A DNA stretch of 64,000 nt from positions 544,001 to 608,000 of the forward strand of contig CAVOKF010000008.1 in NCBI GenBank assembly GCA_963696385.1, written 5' to 3'. Position 1 is the first letter of the stretch. The number at the start of each line of letters is the position of its first letter. Positions 9,453 to 19,983 of this stretch are shown piece after piece. Under the pieces are notes generated by a model that was not told the DNA's origin, ran no database searches, and worked only from the letters and a program-made list of their open reading frames with translations. This DNA is from an uncultured delta proteobacterium. GTDB lineage: Bacteria > Myxococcota_A > Polyangia > Polyangiales > Polyangiaceae. The position numbers and the translations under genes are program-made.

Positions 9453-10165
9453 GATTCGACGCCGAAACGCTCCGAGCGCCGCACGCCCTCTTGCCCTGGC
9501 CGCGAGCCTTTGGAAAGCTGGAGTCCGTGACGGTCCATCGGCCGAGCGGCACGCCGGAAAACGAAGAGAAGTCGCCGTGGCTCGCGTGCGGCGGCGCCGG
9601 CGACGTCGATCCCATCGCGCGGGCGCAGATGAAGGGCCAGCGGCCCTTGGTGCTGTGGTTTACGGGACTGTCGGGCTCGGGCAAATCGACCCTCGCGAGA
9701 CGGGTCGAGCGCCTGCTCGCCAGGCAGGGGCGCCATACCGCCCTGCTCGACGGAGACCTCGTGCGCCAAGGCCTCAACCGGGATCTGGGGTTTTCCGACG
9801 CCGACCGCACCGAGAACATTCGCCGCGTGGCCGAAGTCTCGAAGCTCTTCGTCGATGCGGGCCTCATCGTCCTCGTGTCGTGCATCTCCCCGTTCCGTCT
9901 GGACCGGGACCACGCGCGCAAGCTCGTCGGCGAAGGACAGTTCATCGAGATTTTCGTGGATACGCCGCTCGATGTCTGCATCGCGCGCGACCCCAAGGGG
10001 CTCTACCGCAAGGCGATCGCCGGCGAGATCAAGAACATCGCCGGCATCGACACGGCCTACGAAGCGCCGGCGAGCGCCGAGATCGTTCTGAAGACCACCG
10101 ATGCCCAAGCGACCGTCCTCGCCGAGCGGGTCGTCCTCTACCTCAAGAACCGAGCGGCGGGGTAG
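9449..10165 (+). CDS. cysC: Adenylyl-sulfate (APS) kinase
   Basis: [54 protein letters not shown] overlap with upstream gene. Confidence 0.93.
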   Translation: MRFDAETLRAPHALLPWPRAFGKLESVTVHRPSGTPENEEKSPWLACGGAGDVDPIARAQMKGQRPLVLWFTGLSGSGKSTLARRVERLLARQGRHTALLDGDLVRQGLNRDLGFSDADRTENIRRVAEVSKLFVDAGLIVLVSCISPFRLDRDHARKLVGEGQFIEIFVDTPLDVCIARDPKGLYRKAIAGEIKNIAGIDTAYEAPASAEIVLKTTDAQATVLAERVVLYLKNRAAG

Positions 10166-10183
10166 CCCGACAGGGGCGGCGGC

Positions 10184-10633
10184 TCAAAAGCTCTTGAAGC
10201 TGGCCACGATCGTGGCCAACACGGCGGCGGTGATCGCCAATCCCGCGGAGGCGATGAAGGCCCAGTGGGCCGCTCGCCGGAGCGAGGGGCGCGCCGTCGC
10301 ATCGGCGTAAAGGGCACCGATGTAGGCGAAGGCCCCCACCCAAGCGAACACGACGCTTCCAAAGGCGAGGTGCTCCTTGCGTTCGAAGAGGTATCCAAGG
10401 GTAGGTGCCTCGGCAAAGATCGGCTGACGCAATGCGTCGCGGTAGGGGGTGTACAAGGCCGCTCCCAGGGCGCCGACCAGCGTGACCAGCCCCACCGCCA
10501 GCGCCACGGACAGGTGCGCGGCGCGTTTGACGCGGCGAAGCAGAATCGCCGGATGCAAGAGCGCGGCCGCCGAAAGCCATCCCAAATGGCCATGGATATG
10601 CTCTCCAACACGGATGAGGTCGAACGGCGCCAC
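10184..10633 (-). CDS. Small His-containing integral membrane protein
   Basis: About four hydrophobic segments; HIHGHLGWL and FERKEH motifs. Confidence 0.7.
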   Translation of the reverse strand: MAPFDLIRVGEHIHGHLGWLSAAALLHPAILLRRVKRAAHLSVALAVGLVTLVGALGAALYTPYRDALRQPIFAEAPTLGYLFERKEHLAFGSVVFAWVGAFAYIGALYADATARPSLRRAAHWAFIASAGLAITAAVLATIVASFKSF

Positions 10634-10708
10634 GCGAGGGCTGAGCTTACCCGCGCCGGCAGTGGGCGGGCGCCCGGTCTGCTATTGAGGAGCGTTCGGA
10701 GCGGTCGC

Positions 10709-12229
10709 ATGCACCACCTCTCGGAAAAGGCGGCACCGGTCGGCGCGCTTGCGGGTGCGGCCGGTCACATCCTGCTTTTCGAGGACGACGACACGCTGGC
10801 GGCGCTGCTCGCCCGGGTCCTTCGCACCGAGGGGTATCAGGTCGACACCTTCGACACGGCCGACGCCGTGCCCCCGCCGGCGAAGCTGGCCCGGTACGAC
10901 GTCGTCCTGAGCGACATCCACCTCGCCGACAACACGAGCGGGCACGACGTCTTGCGCCGGGTCCGTGACTCGAGCGGAACGACGCCGGTCATCTTGATGA
11001 CGGCGTACGCGGACATCGAGGGGGCGATGAACGCCGTCGGCGAGGGGGCTTACGACTACCTCGCCAAGCCGATTGATCCGACCGACCTGAAACGCATGGT
11101 GTCGGAAGCGATCGGGCGGCGCAAGCTCGCCAAGTCGTCGGACCCGCGGCCGGACCTGCCGAGCGGCCTGGCGGTCGCGGCCCAGATCGTCGGTACGACG
11201 CCCCCTATGCTGTCGGTGTACAAGACGGTCGCGCACGTCGCCCCCACCACGGCCACGGTGCTCATCGTCGGCGAAAGCGGGACCGGAAAAGAGCTCGTGG
11301 CCCGGGCGATCCATGCCAAGAGCGCGCGCAGCCTCAAGCCCTTCGTGGCCGTCAACTGCGGGGCCCTGCCGGAGTCGATCCTCGAGAGCGAACTGTTCGG
11401 CCACGAGCGAGGATCGTTCACGGGGGCGAGCGCTACCAAACGCGGCCTCTTCGAGGAAGCGACGGGAGGCACCCTGTTTCTCGACGAGATCGGCGAGATC
11501 AGCCCCAAGATGCAGGTGCAGCTGCTGCGGGTGCTTCAGGAAGGCGAGATCCGCCGGGTCGGCGCGGCCGAGACCATCCGGGTCGACGCGCGGGTCGTGG
11601 CGGCGACCAATCGCGATCTGAAGGTGGAGGTCGGCGCGGGACGGTTCAGAGAGGATTTGCTCTTCCGGCTTCAGGTCGTCACGGTGCGCGTGCCGCCGCT
11701 GCGCGACCGCAAGGGCGACGTCGCCCTGCTCATTCGGCACTTCATCGCCCGGCATGCCGACCGGCTCGGGCGTCCGGCTCCTCGGGTCGCAGCCGAAGTG
11801 TACGATTGCCTTTCGGCCTACAACTTCCCTGGAAATGTCCGCGAGCTCTCGCACATCATCGAGCGCGCGATGCTGCTTGCCCGCGAGGGGGTCATTACGG
11901 CGACCGACCTGCCTCCGGAGGTGCTGCGGGGCTGGGGCACGCAGGGTCTGAGCGGGGCCGAGACCGCCGGCGCCTCGATTGCCGATGACTGGCCGACTCT
12001 CGGAGTGCTCGAGCGTCGGTACATCGACCGGGTGCTGTCGCGCACGAGCGGCAACAAGACACGCGCGGCCGAAGTGCTTGGAATCGATCGACGCACACTG
12101 AATCGGATGTTCGCCAGGGAGAGAGCTACCGAGCAGGGCAAACCGCTGTCGGAGGCGGAGCTCGACGCCATGGAACACCTCGACGCGCAAGCCGAGGAAG
12201 AACGCGACGAAGAAAGCCTGAAAAAATGA
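10709..12229 (+). CDS. Sigma-54-dependent response regulator (NtrC family)
   Basis: Receiver (FEDDD, LSDIHL, KP), AAA+ GESGTGKE, ESELFGHERGSFTGA, LFLDEIGE, FPGNVREL, Fis-type HTH (GNKTRAAEVLGIDRRTL). Confidence 0.95.
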   Translation: MHHLSEKAAPVGALAGAAGHILLFEDDDTLAALLARVLRTEGYQVDTFDTADAVPPPAKLARYDVVLSDIHLADNTSGHDVLRRVRDSSGTTPVILMTAYADIEGAMNAVGEGAYDYLAKPIDPTDLKRMVSEAIGRRKLAKSSDPRPDLPSGLAVAAQIVGTTPPMLSVYKTVAHVAPTTATVLIVGESGTGKELVARAIHAKSARSLKPFVAVNCGALPESILESELFGHERGSFTGASATKRGLFEEATGGTLFLDEIGEISPKMQVQLLRVLQEGEIRRVGAAETIRVDARVVAATNRDLKVEVGAGRFREDLLFRLQVVTVRVPPLRDRKGDVALLIRHFIARHADRLGRPAPRVAAEVYDCLSAYNFPGNVRELSHIIERAMLLAREGVITATDLPPEVLRGWGTQGLSGAETAGASIADDWPTLGVLERRYIDRVLSRTSGNKTRAAEVLGIDRRTLNRMFARERATEQGKPLSEAELDAMEHLDAQAEEERDEESLKK

Positions 12230-12867
12230 ACCTCTTATCAGTCCGCGACCCGAGCTTGAATTCGCACGCTTTTTCGCCGGATCGAGCGGCGTTGCCCCCG
12301 AACGTCATCCGGGTTCCGGTCGTCCAACAACGGCAGGGCTATAGCTGCGGGCCGGCCGCCACCCTGGCGATCTTGCGCTACTGGCTCGTCGAGTCGTACG
12401 CGGCGGTCGAAGAGAGCTCGCTCTACGAGCCGCTGCAGACGACCGACGCCCGCGGAACCGAGCCGGAGCCCATGACCGATCTGCTGATGGCCGTCGGGCT
12501 CGGGGCCCAATACCTGCACGGAGACGTGACCCTCGCGGATCTGGAGCGCGCGGTCGATGCGCGCGAGCCGCCGATCGTCGACTTGCAGGCGTGGAGCGAT
12601 CACGGCGCCCCATGGCGCGAGACCTGGGACGCCGGCCACTATGTCGTCATGGTCGGTTACGACCGGGACCGGCTGTTCTTCGTCGACCCGAGCCGAGCGA
12701 CACCGCTCGGCTACGCGTTCCTGCTGCGCGACGAGCTGGAAGAGCGCTGGCACGACTTGGCCGGCGATCGGGACGAGCCGCGACACCGCATGGCGATCTT
12801 CGCGCGCGGAGCCCGCCGCTGGGACGCTCGCGACCCGCTGCCTTCGTACGCAACGAAGCTCGGCTGA
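12226..12867 (+). CDS. Stand-alone C39-like cysteine peptidase
   Basis: QQRQGYSCGPAA (Q...C), GHYVVMVGYD (H), FFVDPS (D). Confidence 0.85.
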   Translation: MNLLSVRDPSLNSHAFSPDRAALPPNVIRVPVVQQRQGYSCGPAATLAILRYWLVESYAAVEESSLYEPLQTTDARGTEPEPMTDLLMAVGLGAQYLHGDVTLADLERAVDAREPPIVDLQAWSDHGAPWRETWDAGHYVVMVGYDRDRLFFVDPSRATPLGYAFLLRDELEERWHDLAGDRDEPRHRMAIFARGARRWDARDPLPSYATKLG

Positions 12868-12882
12868 TCGAGGAGCCCTGTC

Positions 12883-13884
12883 TTGGTACCGTGGCTCTCG
12901 ACGTTGCGCGGCCAGCCCACCGCCTTGGCCACGTTGCGCCGAGCCATCGGGTCGGGTCGGGTGCACCACGCCTACCTGTTCGACGGCCCCGACGGCGTCG
13001 GCAAAGAGCTCGCGGCATTCGGATTCGCGCAAGCGCTCGTTTGCGAGCGGCGCGCCGAAGGCAGCGCCGAAGCCTGCGGCGAATGCCGGGCGTGCGCACG
13101 CGCCGTCCCTCGAGCGGGCCAACGGGCGCCGCTGCATCCCGACGTGGTCGTGCTGGAACGCGGACTCTACGATCCGGCCACGATCGGCCGCCGCACCCCG
13201 GAAACGCAGGATCTGAGCATCGACCAGATTCGCACGCTCGTGATCGAGCGAGCCGCCTTTGCCCCCTACGAGGGGCGCGCGAAGGTCTTCGTCGTTCGCC
13301 GGGCCGAGGAGCTCAGCACGGCGGCCGCCAACGCCCTGCTCAAGACGCTCGAGGAGCCCGGACCCCGCACCCACTTCGTGCTGCTGTCGTGCGCCGCGGA
13401 CTCGCTTCTGCCGACGATCCGGTCCCGATCGCTGCGCGTGCGCTTCGGCGCACTGTCCGACGACCTCGTGACCGACCTGTTGGTCGAACGCGGATCCGGA
13501 CGGACCGAGGCGGCCGCCATCGCTCGGCTCGCGGCGGGCAGCATGGCGGCCGCTCTCGCGCTCGACGACCCCGATGCCACGGCGGTGCGCCAGCATTTCG
13601 TCTCCCGCGCCCTGGCCGCGATCGAATCGCGCGATGCCGGCGCGGCGTTCGAGCTGGCCGAGGAGTCCAAGAAGCTGAGCAAGGACACTCTGTTGCTTCA
13701 GATGCAGGCGCTCGCGGCGTCGATCGGCGACCAGGGACGCGCCGCCGCAGCAGCCCCCGACGACCGCGCCGAGACGGCTTCCTTGCGGTACGCGATGGCC
13801 ATGAACGCGATCGTGCAGATCGAGTCGAACGCGTCGGTCCAGCTTGCCCTCGAGTCGATGATGCTACGCATGCGTAACGCGTGA
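12883..13884 (+). CDS. holB: DNA polymerase III delta-prime subunit
   Basis: HAYLFDGPDGVGK, CGECRAC zinc motif, HPDV, SIDQIR, AANALLKTLEEP, LLPTIRSR. Confidence 0.92.
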   Translation: MVPWLSTLRGQPTALATLRRAIGSGRVHHAYLFDGPDGVGKELAAFGFAQALVCERRAEGSAEACGECRACARAVPRAGQRAPLHPDVVVLERGLYDPATIGRRTPETQDLSIDQIRTLVIERAAFAPYEGRAKVFVVRRAEELSTAAANALLKTLEEPGPRTHFVLLSCAADSLLPTIRSRSLRVRFGALSDDLVTDLLVERGSGRTEAAAIARLAAGSMAAALALDDPDATAVRQHFVSRALAAIESRDAGAAFELAEESKKLSKDTLLLQMQALAASIGDQGRAAAAAPDDRAETASLRYAMAMNAIVQIESNASVQLALESMMLRMRNA

Positions 13885-14004
13885 TCGGCCCGTGCAGGTG
13901 GGCCGTCGCATGCGGCACGGCACTTTTGTCGGAGCCACGAGCGACAACGGCCGGCCCGCGGTCGTGAAGATAAACGTCACCGCTCGCCTGAACGAAGAGA
14001 AAGT

Positions 14005-14628
14005 CTAGGTCTCATCCGGCCCTGTGGGCGCGCTGGCGGGCAGGACGTCGTACTCGCGCTCGGAGAGAGCCACGCCGCGCCAGGCGAGAACGGCGCCCTC
14101 GCCCGCGACGATCACGAGCCGCAGGACACCCGGACCGGAGTATTCCGCGATGAGCGCCCGCCCCCCGATTTCCGGGGCACCCGCACCGAGTCGTTGCACG
14201 CGCACGGGCAAACGACGCGTTCGTTCGAAGCGCACCCGCTCGATCTCGATCGCCGACGGCGGTTCGCCCCGTGGCGCCAGAGCGCCGGTCGCCATCGGGG
14301 CCAGCCACGCCACTTCGGACCGGGCGGCGCGCGCATAGACGGCGCGATCCTGCACGGCTTCGGGCGCGATGAAGAGCGCGGCGACGGGGCGATCCTCGGA
14401 CAAGACGAGCGCACCCGCGAGCCACGCTTCGTCCCGCTCCACCCGGCGCACCAGGACATCGCCCAGCCGGCAGGGAAACGCCGTAAACACGTCGACGGAC
14501 TCGATCGGCTCTTCGGGGCCGATCCGCCGGCGCGACCGGGACCGGGCGCGCGCCAGGGCCTTGCGCATGACCCGGCGGCCGACCCAAAGGCCCCCCACGA
14601 CGGCCAGCGCATCGACGAGGAGTGTCAA
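14005..14628 (-). CDS. Hypothetical protein with N-terminal membrane anchor
   Basis: TTG start overlapping the thiE stop; hydrophobic N-terminus followed by a globular region. Confidence 0.6.
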   Translation of the reverse strand: MTLLVDALAVVGGLWVGRRVMRKALARARSRSRRRIGPEEPIESVDVFTAFPCRLGDVLVRRVERDEAWLAGALVLSEDRPVAALFIAPEAVQDRAVYARAARSEVAWLAPMATGALAPRGEPPSAIEIERVRFERTRRLPVRVQRLGAGAPEIGGRALIAEYSGPGVLRLVIVAGEGAVLAWRGVALSEREYDVLPASAPTGPDET

Positions 14629-15308
14629 CGCCGGGCCTGCCCGGCGGGCCCGGCCGCGAAGAGGTCCTGAAGTGCGCGGGCGCGCCGCGCGACCTCCGCG
14701 AGCCCGTCGGCGGACCCGCCGTCGCCGAACCCGACCGGCGGCAACAGCGCGGCAATGACCGCGATGGCGTCGCAGCATCCGACGAGCCGATGCGCCCGAT
14801 CCAAGGTGATACCCCCGATGGCCACGAGCGGCACCCCGCGCGATCGGGCGCGAAGAGAGGCGGCGCCGAGTCCGGCGAGGCCGACCACGGGGTCGGGGTT
14901 GTTCTTGGTCGACGTCTCGAAGACCGGGCCGAAGGCCACGTACCGCGGCCCGAGCGACAGCGCCGAGTCGAGCTCATCGGGCGTATGCGTGGAGACGCCC
15001 ACCCCGAGGTCGGGCGCGACCTGCCGCACGCCGTCGATCGGCAGGTCCTGCTGTCCCACGTGCACCATGTCGCAGCCGGCGGCGACCGCCAGATCGACGC
15101 GGTCGTTGGCAACGAGCGGAACGCCGATCCGGCGGCACATCGGAGCCAGAATGCGTAAGAGTTCCAGCGTTTGTCGGGCCGTCGCGTCCTTCGCCCTGAG
15201 CTGGAGCGCCGCCGGCTCGGCTGTCAGCACGGAGCCGGCGAACGCGATCGGGTCGATGCGCCGCGCCCCGAGCAGCCCCACGTCCACGATCGCGTACAGA
15301 CCGCGCAT
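14625..15308 (-). CDS. thiE: Thiamine-phosphate synthase
   Basis: MRGLYAIVD, LQLRAK, NDRVDLA, HVGQQDL, GVSTH, FGPVFETSTK, VAIGGI. Confidence 0.93.
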   Translation of the reverse strand: MRGLYAIVDVGLLGARRIDPIAFAGSVLTAEPAALQLRAKDATARQTLELLRILAPMCRRIGVPLVANDRVDLAVAAGCDMVHVGQQDLPIDGVRQVAPDLGVGVSTHTPDELDSALSLGPRYVAFGPVFETSTKNNPDPVVGLAGLGAASLRARSRGVPLVAIGGITLDRAHRLVGCCDAIAVIAALLPPVGFGDGGSADGLAEVARRARALQDLFAAGPAGQARR

Positions 15309-15358
15309 CGAACGACCGTCGATGGGCACGGATGCGACGTCCCCGCGACCGGGCACGG

Positions 15359-16583
15359 TCACCCGACCCCGCCCACCGGCGGGGCCACGACGCCCGCAAG
15401 CCGCACGGAGCTCGACGGGCCGACACGCGCGCGGTCGAGATCGAGCGGCGGGTCGACCGAGACCACGTCCCCGCGTGCGAGCGTGTCCCATGCCCGGTTG
15501 GCCGCGCTGGCCGCCCGGTCGAGTCTCACGACGCGACCGCGCGCCGGCTGGCGGCGGCCGTCCGGTCCCCGGAAATCGCCGCACAAGAAGGCCTCGCATT
15601 TGCCTTTGCTCACGATTCGATCCGAGACGACCCGCAGCCGGTACGACAACGGGTCCGAGAGCGCATCCACCAGCCGCACGCCATCCCGACGCACGACGAG
15701 GTAGCTGTAGGACAGGCCTTCATGCCGCAGCCCGGCCGCCCGCGCAATCGGCACGAGCCACGCCGGAAGATCGATCGGCACGTGCTCGTGGCACCAATCC
15801 GAATCGCGCGTCAGCGCGGGGCACGGGGCGGCGTGCAAGCAGGGGGCGAAGACCGTGAACCCGAGATCGACGAGCCGGTCCCGCGTGCGATGCAGCCGGC
15901 GGGTGCGATCCTGGAGCGCCGGTTCGACGACGACCAGCGACCCGGCATCGCGGGTGTGCCGGTCGAGCAGCGTCCGCAAGAGCGCGACGTGCCGCTCGAC
16001 CCGAACGTCTTCGGCCTCGCCCACCCCGATCTCGCTCAGCACGTGCCCGACCAAGACCACGTCGTAGCGCCCGAAGCCGTCGAGCAGAGACAGGGGACCG
16101 GCGACGGCGCGCGCACGCAGATCCACGCGCCCGCGCCCCCGCCGGGCCCGCGCGATGGCGAGCCCCAGATTCGAGCGCCTCGGGGTCGGCATCGATCCAG
16201 GTCGCGTCGATCGCGGTCGAGGCGGCGGCCGCCCGGTCGATCGCGCGCACCAACCCCCACGTCATCGCACCGAGTCCGGCGCCGACGTCGAGGACCTCGA
16301 CCGGGCCTTGGCACCGAAGCACGCCGGCGGCGACGAGCTCGCGGACCGCGGCCGAGGCCTTGGGGACGTCGCGCGCAAACGAAAAGCCGAGGCGGGCCGC
16401 CCCGGCGTCGCGGACCGAAGCCCGGGCCCGCCGAGGATCGTTGTACGCATCCGACAGGTCGGCCACGCGCGCCGCGAGCCTCGCCACGTCGCGACTCGTA
16501 GGCCACCCTCGCCCGCGGGCGACCTCGTCGAGCGTGTCGCGCCAGTCGTCTTCCAGCGGACGCACGAGATCGAGACCGACCAT
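15359..16583 (-). pseudogene. Rsm22-like SAM-dependent methyltransferase split by an apparent +1 insertion near 16170 (possibly a sequencing error)
   Basis: N-half (LDVGAGLG) is in the 16583 frame and C-half (VLSE, VVEPA, APCLHAAPCP, DWCH, SYLV) in the 16192 frame. Removing one base of TT 16170-16171 restores EALDLGLAI. Confidence 0.8.
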
Positions 16584-16635
16584 GGCAAAGCGCTCACCCG
16601 GTTCGCATCCGGGATGGCCCCACTATACTCGCCGC

Positions 16636-17199
16636 GTGCCCCTTTGCCCGCCGCACCCGCCCTCGGACTTGGATCCCCTCGGGCCGGCCGAGCCCTACGA
16701 GCCTCCGGGCCGACCCGAGCCGCCCACCGACGCCGGCCGCCGGCCGTCGGCACCGAGCGATCCCATTGTCGCGGTCGGCGCCGTCTGCCTCGGGCCGGAC
16801 GGTCGGGTGATCGTCATTCGCCGGGGCCGCCCGCCGTCCGTGGGCGCGTGGACGCTGCCGGGCGGCCGTGTCGAACCCGGCGAAACGCTCGATCGGGCCG
16901 TCGTGCGCGAGGTCCGCGAGGAGACGGCCCTAAAGACCCGCGTCGTATGCGCGCTCGGTCCGGTGACGATCGATCGAGAGGGCACCCGCTACCTGATCCA
17001 CGAGCATCTGGTCGTCCCGGTCGACGACACGCCGCCTCAGGCCGGAGACGACGCGGCCGACGTAGCTTGGGTTTCGCGCGACGCGCTGTCGGAGCTCGGC
17101 GTGCGACCGGATGCGATCGCGGTCGTGGATCAGGCCTTGGCCGAAGCCGACCGCCGATCGACCGGGACGCCGGCGCCCGCCGGGTCGGGGTGCCCATGA
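16636..17199 (+). CDS. NUDIX hydrolase
   Basis: NUDIX box GGRVEPGETLDRAVVREVREETAL; AGDDAADVAW. Start uncertain. Confidence 0.88.
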   Translation: MPLCPPHPPSDLDPLGPAEPYEPPGRPEPPTDAGRRPSAPSDPIVAVGAVCLGPDGRVIVIRRGRPPSVGAWTLPGGRVEPGETLDRAVVREVREETALKTRVVCALGPVTIDREGTRYLIHEHLVVPVDDTPPQAGDDAADVAWVSRDALSELGVRPDAIAVVDQALAEADRRSTGTPAPAGSGCP

Positions 17200-18188
17200 G
17201 CCCGTCCGCGCGACCGCCGCGCCGGGCCGTGGGCCCGCTCGATCGCGCAGGACAGGGGCGCGCGCCGACCCTCGCGGCCGCCCTCGGACGCTTCCGGCTT
17301 CCGACCGCCGCCGTCGGGATCACGTCGATTCTGGGCGCCGGTTGCGCTCGGGTACTGCCGCCGCCGTCGGCGCCGCCGAGCGCCGACGCCGCACTCGCCC
17401 GGATGCACGCGACGTTCGCGTGCGCGAATGCCGTGCAGGCCAACGCGAAAATCGATCGCCTCGGCAAGGAAGGCCGTATCCGTGGCGACCTGCTTCTCTT
17501 TGCGGCGCGCCCGGCGCGCATTCGCATGGACGTCATCAGCCCGTTCGGCGTCGCTCTCGCGACGTTGACGAGCGACGGCACGCGATTCGCGCTCGCGGAT
17601 CTGCGCGACAAGCGCATGTTCGTGGGACCGGCGAGCGCGTGCAACATTGCCCGGCTCACGACGGTGCCGATCCCCGGACACGTGCTGGTCGATCTGCTGC
17701 GCGGAGAGGCCCCGGTCCTCGTGCACGACAGCGGCGCGACGTCGATCGCCTGGAACCCGCGCGGGTACTGGGCCGTGACCGTCGAAGGCACGACCGGCGA
17801 CGGCCGCTATGCCACGCGCGAGGACATCCGGCTGGTGCCCCGCCCCGAGGACTGGAATCTGGCCTGGCAGCGCCAGCGCATGCGGGTGCTCGACGTGCGC
17901 GTCTCGGAGGTCGGATTCGAGCTCTATCACGCCGAGCTGTCCGAGCACGCGCCCGCACCCACCGCAGGGCCACGCGTCGACCCGGACAACCTCGAGCCCC
18001 CGCTGCCGCCGAGCGGTCCGCCGTGCGACGCCGAGATCCCGCGCAAGATCCACGTCGAAGTCCCCGCACCGGAATCGGACGTGCGCTTTCTGTATCGGGA
18101 TCTCTTCTGGAACCCCCCGCTCGTCGACACGACGTTCGATCCCCCGGCCTGGGCGGGCATGCCGATCGAGCCGGTCAGCTGCCCGTAA
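17196..18188 (+). CDS. Putative lipoprotein, possibly LolA/LolB-like fold
   Basis: ILGAGC lipobox-like; ARPARIRMDVISPFGVALATLTSDG; ATGA overlap with NUDIX gene. Confidence 0.7.
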   Translation: MSPSARPPRRAVGPLDRAGQGRAPTLAAALGRFRLPTAAVGITSILGAGCARVLPPPSAPPSADAALARMHATFACANAVQANAKIDRLGKEGRIRGDLLLFAARPARIRMDVISPFGVALATLTSDGTRFALADLRDKRMFVGPASACNIARLTTVPIPGHVLVDLLRGEAPVLVHDSGATSIAWNPRGYWAVTVEGTTGDGRYATREDIRLVPRPEDWNLAWQRQRMRVLDVRVSEVGFELYHAELSEHAPAPTAGPRVDPDNLEPPLPPSGPPCDAEIPRKIHVEVPAPESDVRFLYRDLFWNPPLVDTTFDPPAWAGMPIEPVSCP

Positions 18189-18954
18189 GCGGACGCGTCG
18201 ATCGATCGAGGTTCGCGGATCGGATCGCGTGCAGGACCGCGCCGGTGCGATCGGTGATGATCCAGCGAGCGCCGCATCGCACGAGGTCGACGGCTTCGGC
18301 CGGATCGTTGACCGTCCATACGCCGACCCACAAGCCGCGGCCCGCGTAGCGGCGCACCGCCTGCGGGCCGGCTTGCGAACGCTCGAGGTGCAACGCGCTC
18401 ACGAGCGGCGGCCGTATGATTTCCTGCACGGCCGCGGCCCAGCGCGACTGGTCGAGGTGCGTCAGCAGAGCGCGCGGCACCGAGGGGGCCCATACGGCCA
18501 TCAGGGCGAGCAGCCGCGGGTCGAACGACGACAGCAAGACGTCGGCCGGGCACGCGCGCAGCGATCGGGCCGTCGCCCGGACGAGATCGCGCCGGTTGGG
18601 CACGTCGTATTTCAATTCGACGTTGACGCCCATGCCGACGCCGCGCGCCCATTCGAGCGCCTCCGACAGCGTGGGAATGCGCGCACCCGCTCCGAGGTCG
18701 AGGGCACGCAGCGCCGAAAGCGGCCGATCGGCGACCAGTCGAAGGTCGGCCGATCCGCTCACCGCGCGCAGCGTCGGATCGTGGAAAACGACCGCTTCGC
18801 CCTCCACGCACGTCCGCACGTCGAGCTCGATCGCGCGCGCCCCCTCGAGCCGAGCGCGCTCGAAGGCGGGCAGCGTGTTCTCGGGGGGCCACCCCGGCCC
18901 TCGCCCGCCGCGGTGTCCGACGACCAACGGCGCGCCGTCGCGCCAAACGCTCAC
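18175..18954 (-). CDS. Glycerophosphodiester phosphodiesterase
   Basis: VGHRGG, ENTLPAF, IELDV, VFHD, NVELK, VWTVND, IITD. Confidence 0.92.
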   Translation of the reverse strand: MSVWRDGAPLVVGHRGGRGPGWPPENTLPAFERARLEGARAIELDVRTCVEGEAVVFHDPTLRAVSGSADLRLVADRPLSALRALDLGAGARIPTLSEALEWARGVGMGVNVELKYDVPNRRDLVRATARSLRACPADVLLSSFDPRLLALMAVWAPSVPRALLTHLDQSRWAAAVQEIIRPPLVSALHLERSQAGPQAVRRYAGRGLWVGVWTVNDPAEAVDLVRCGARWIITDRTGAVLHAIRSANLDRSTRPLTGS

Positions 18955-19946
18955 GCCGACAGCTCGACCGCGATCGATCGCGCGATGGCGCGTGCCTCGT
19001 CGACCCGCTCGGCCGACAGCGAGATCGCCCCCACCACCGCGTGCCCGCCGCCGCCGTAGCGTTCGCAGATGGCGGCGATGTTGTGCCGCCGCGCCACGGG
19101 CGACCAGGGGTTGTACCCGACGCTGATCTTGCACCGGGTCTTCGAGCGGCTCACAAGGACCGAGTAGGCGCTTTTCGGATAGAGCGCGTACGTGACGAAT
19201 TTGCCCGCGACCTCGATGATCTCGTCGCTCAGATCGACCAGCACGACATCGCCCAGCATCTGCGCCTTCTGCTCGACACGCCCGATGAACGCCTCCTGCG
19301 TCTGCCCGAGCGGTTCGAAGGCCTGCATCACGTCGTCCGATCGGGCCACTTCCGACAGCGGCCGATCGATGAGACGCGGCACCATGGCCGCGATGAACGC
19401 GTCGTCGGCCGCGTGTTCGACGAGCGTCATCAGCTTGAGCTCCGGCTCCGCGCGGTCGACCACCATCCGGGCGCTCGGAAACGCCGCGGAGTCGATCATG
19501 TCCGCCCAGCGCACGAGCTCCGCGGTCGGCTCGGGATCGAGACCAAAGCGTTCACGCCCGATGTCCGCGATGAGCTTGGTGGCCGAGCCGTACGCCCCAT
19601 CGTGGAAAAAACGGCGCTGGCCGTGCCGTTCGCCGTCGGCGGCGGAGCGCTCGTAGAGCGCGCGGTCCTCGGGCGTGACGAACGCGCTGATGTGGTGATC
19701 GAAGTACCAGGTGAGCTGGGGCAGGGCCGTGAAGCGGAAATCGAGGATCGCGTTGACGTCGCCGACCAAGACCGCCGGATCGACCCCGTTCTGGCCGGGG
19801 CCGTAGCCCGCGCCGTGGTAGCTGAACGTGGCGCCGTCGTCGGGCGACACGTGACGGTACAGCCGCGTGAACATCACGGCCGAGCAGAGGCCATCGAAAC
19901 AGTGACCGTGCGTGGCGACGACGACGTGGGGGGGACCGGAAGTCAC
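18951..19946 (-). CDS. DHH/DHHA1 family phosphoesterase
   Basis: HGHCFDG, LDF, FDHH, GGGGHAVVG motifs. Confidence 0.85.
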   Translation of the reverse strand: MTSGPPHVVVATHGHCFDGLCSAVMFTRLYRHVSPDDGATFSYHGAGYGPGQNGVDPAVLVGDVNAILDFRFTALPQLTWYFDHHISAFVTPEDRALYERSAADGERHGQRRFFHDGAYGSATKLIADIGRERFGLDPEPTAELVRWADMIDSAAFPSARMVVDRAEPELKLMTLVEHAADDAFIAAMVPRLIDRPLSEVARSDDVMQAFEPLGQTQEAFIGRVEQKAQMLGDVVLVDLSDEIIEVAGKFVTYALYPKSAYSVLVSRSKTRCKISVGYNPWSPVARRHNIAAICERYGGGGHAVVGAISLSAERVDEARAIARSIAVELSA

Positions 19947-19983
19947 GCACCCCGGCTTAGCACGGCCACGCGACCGGATGACC

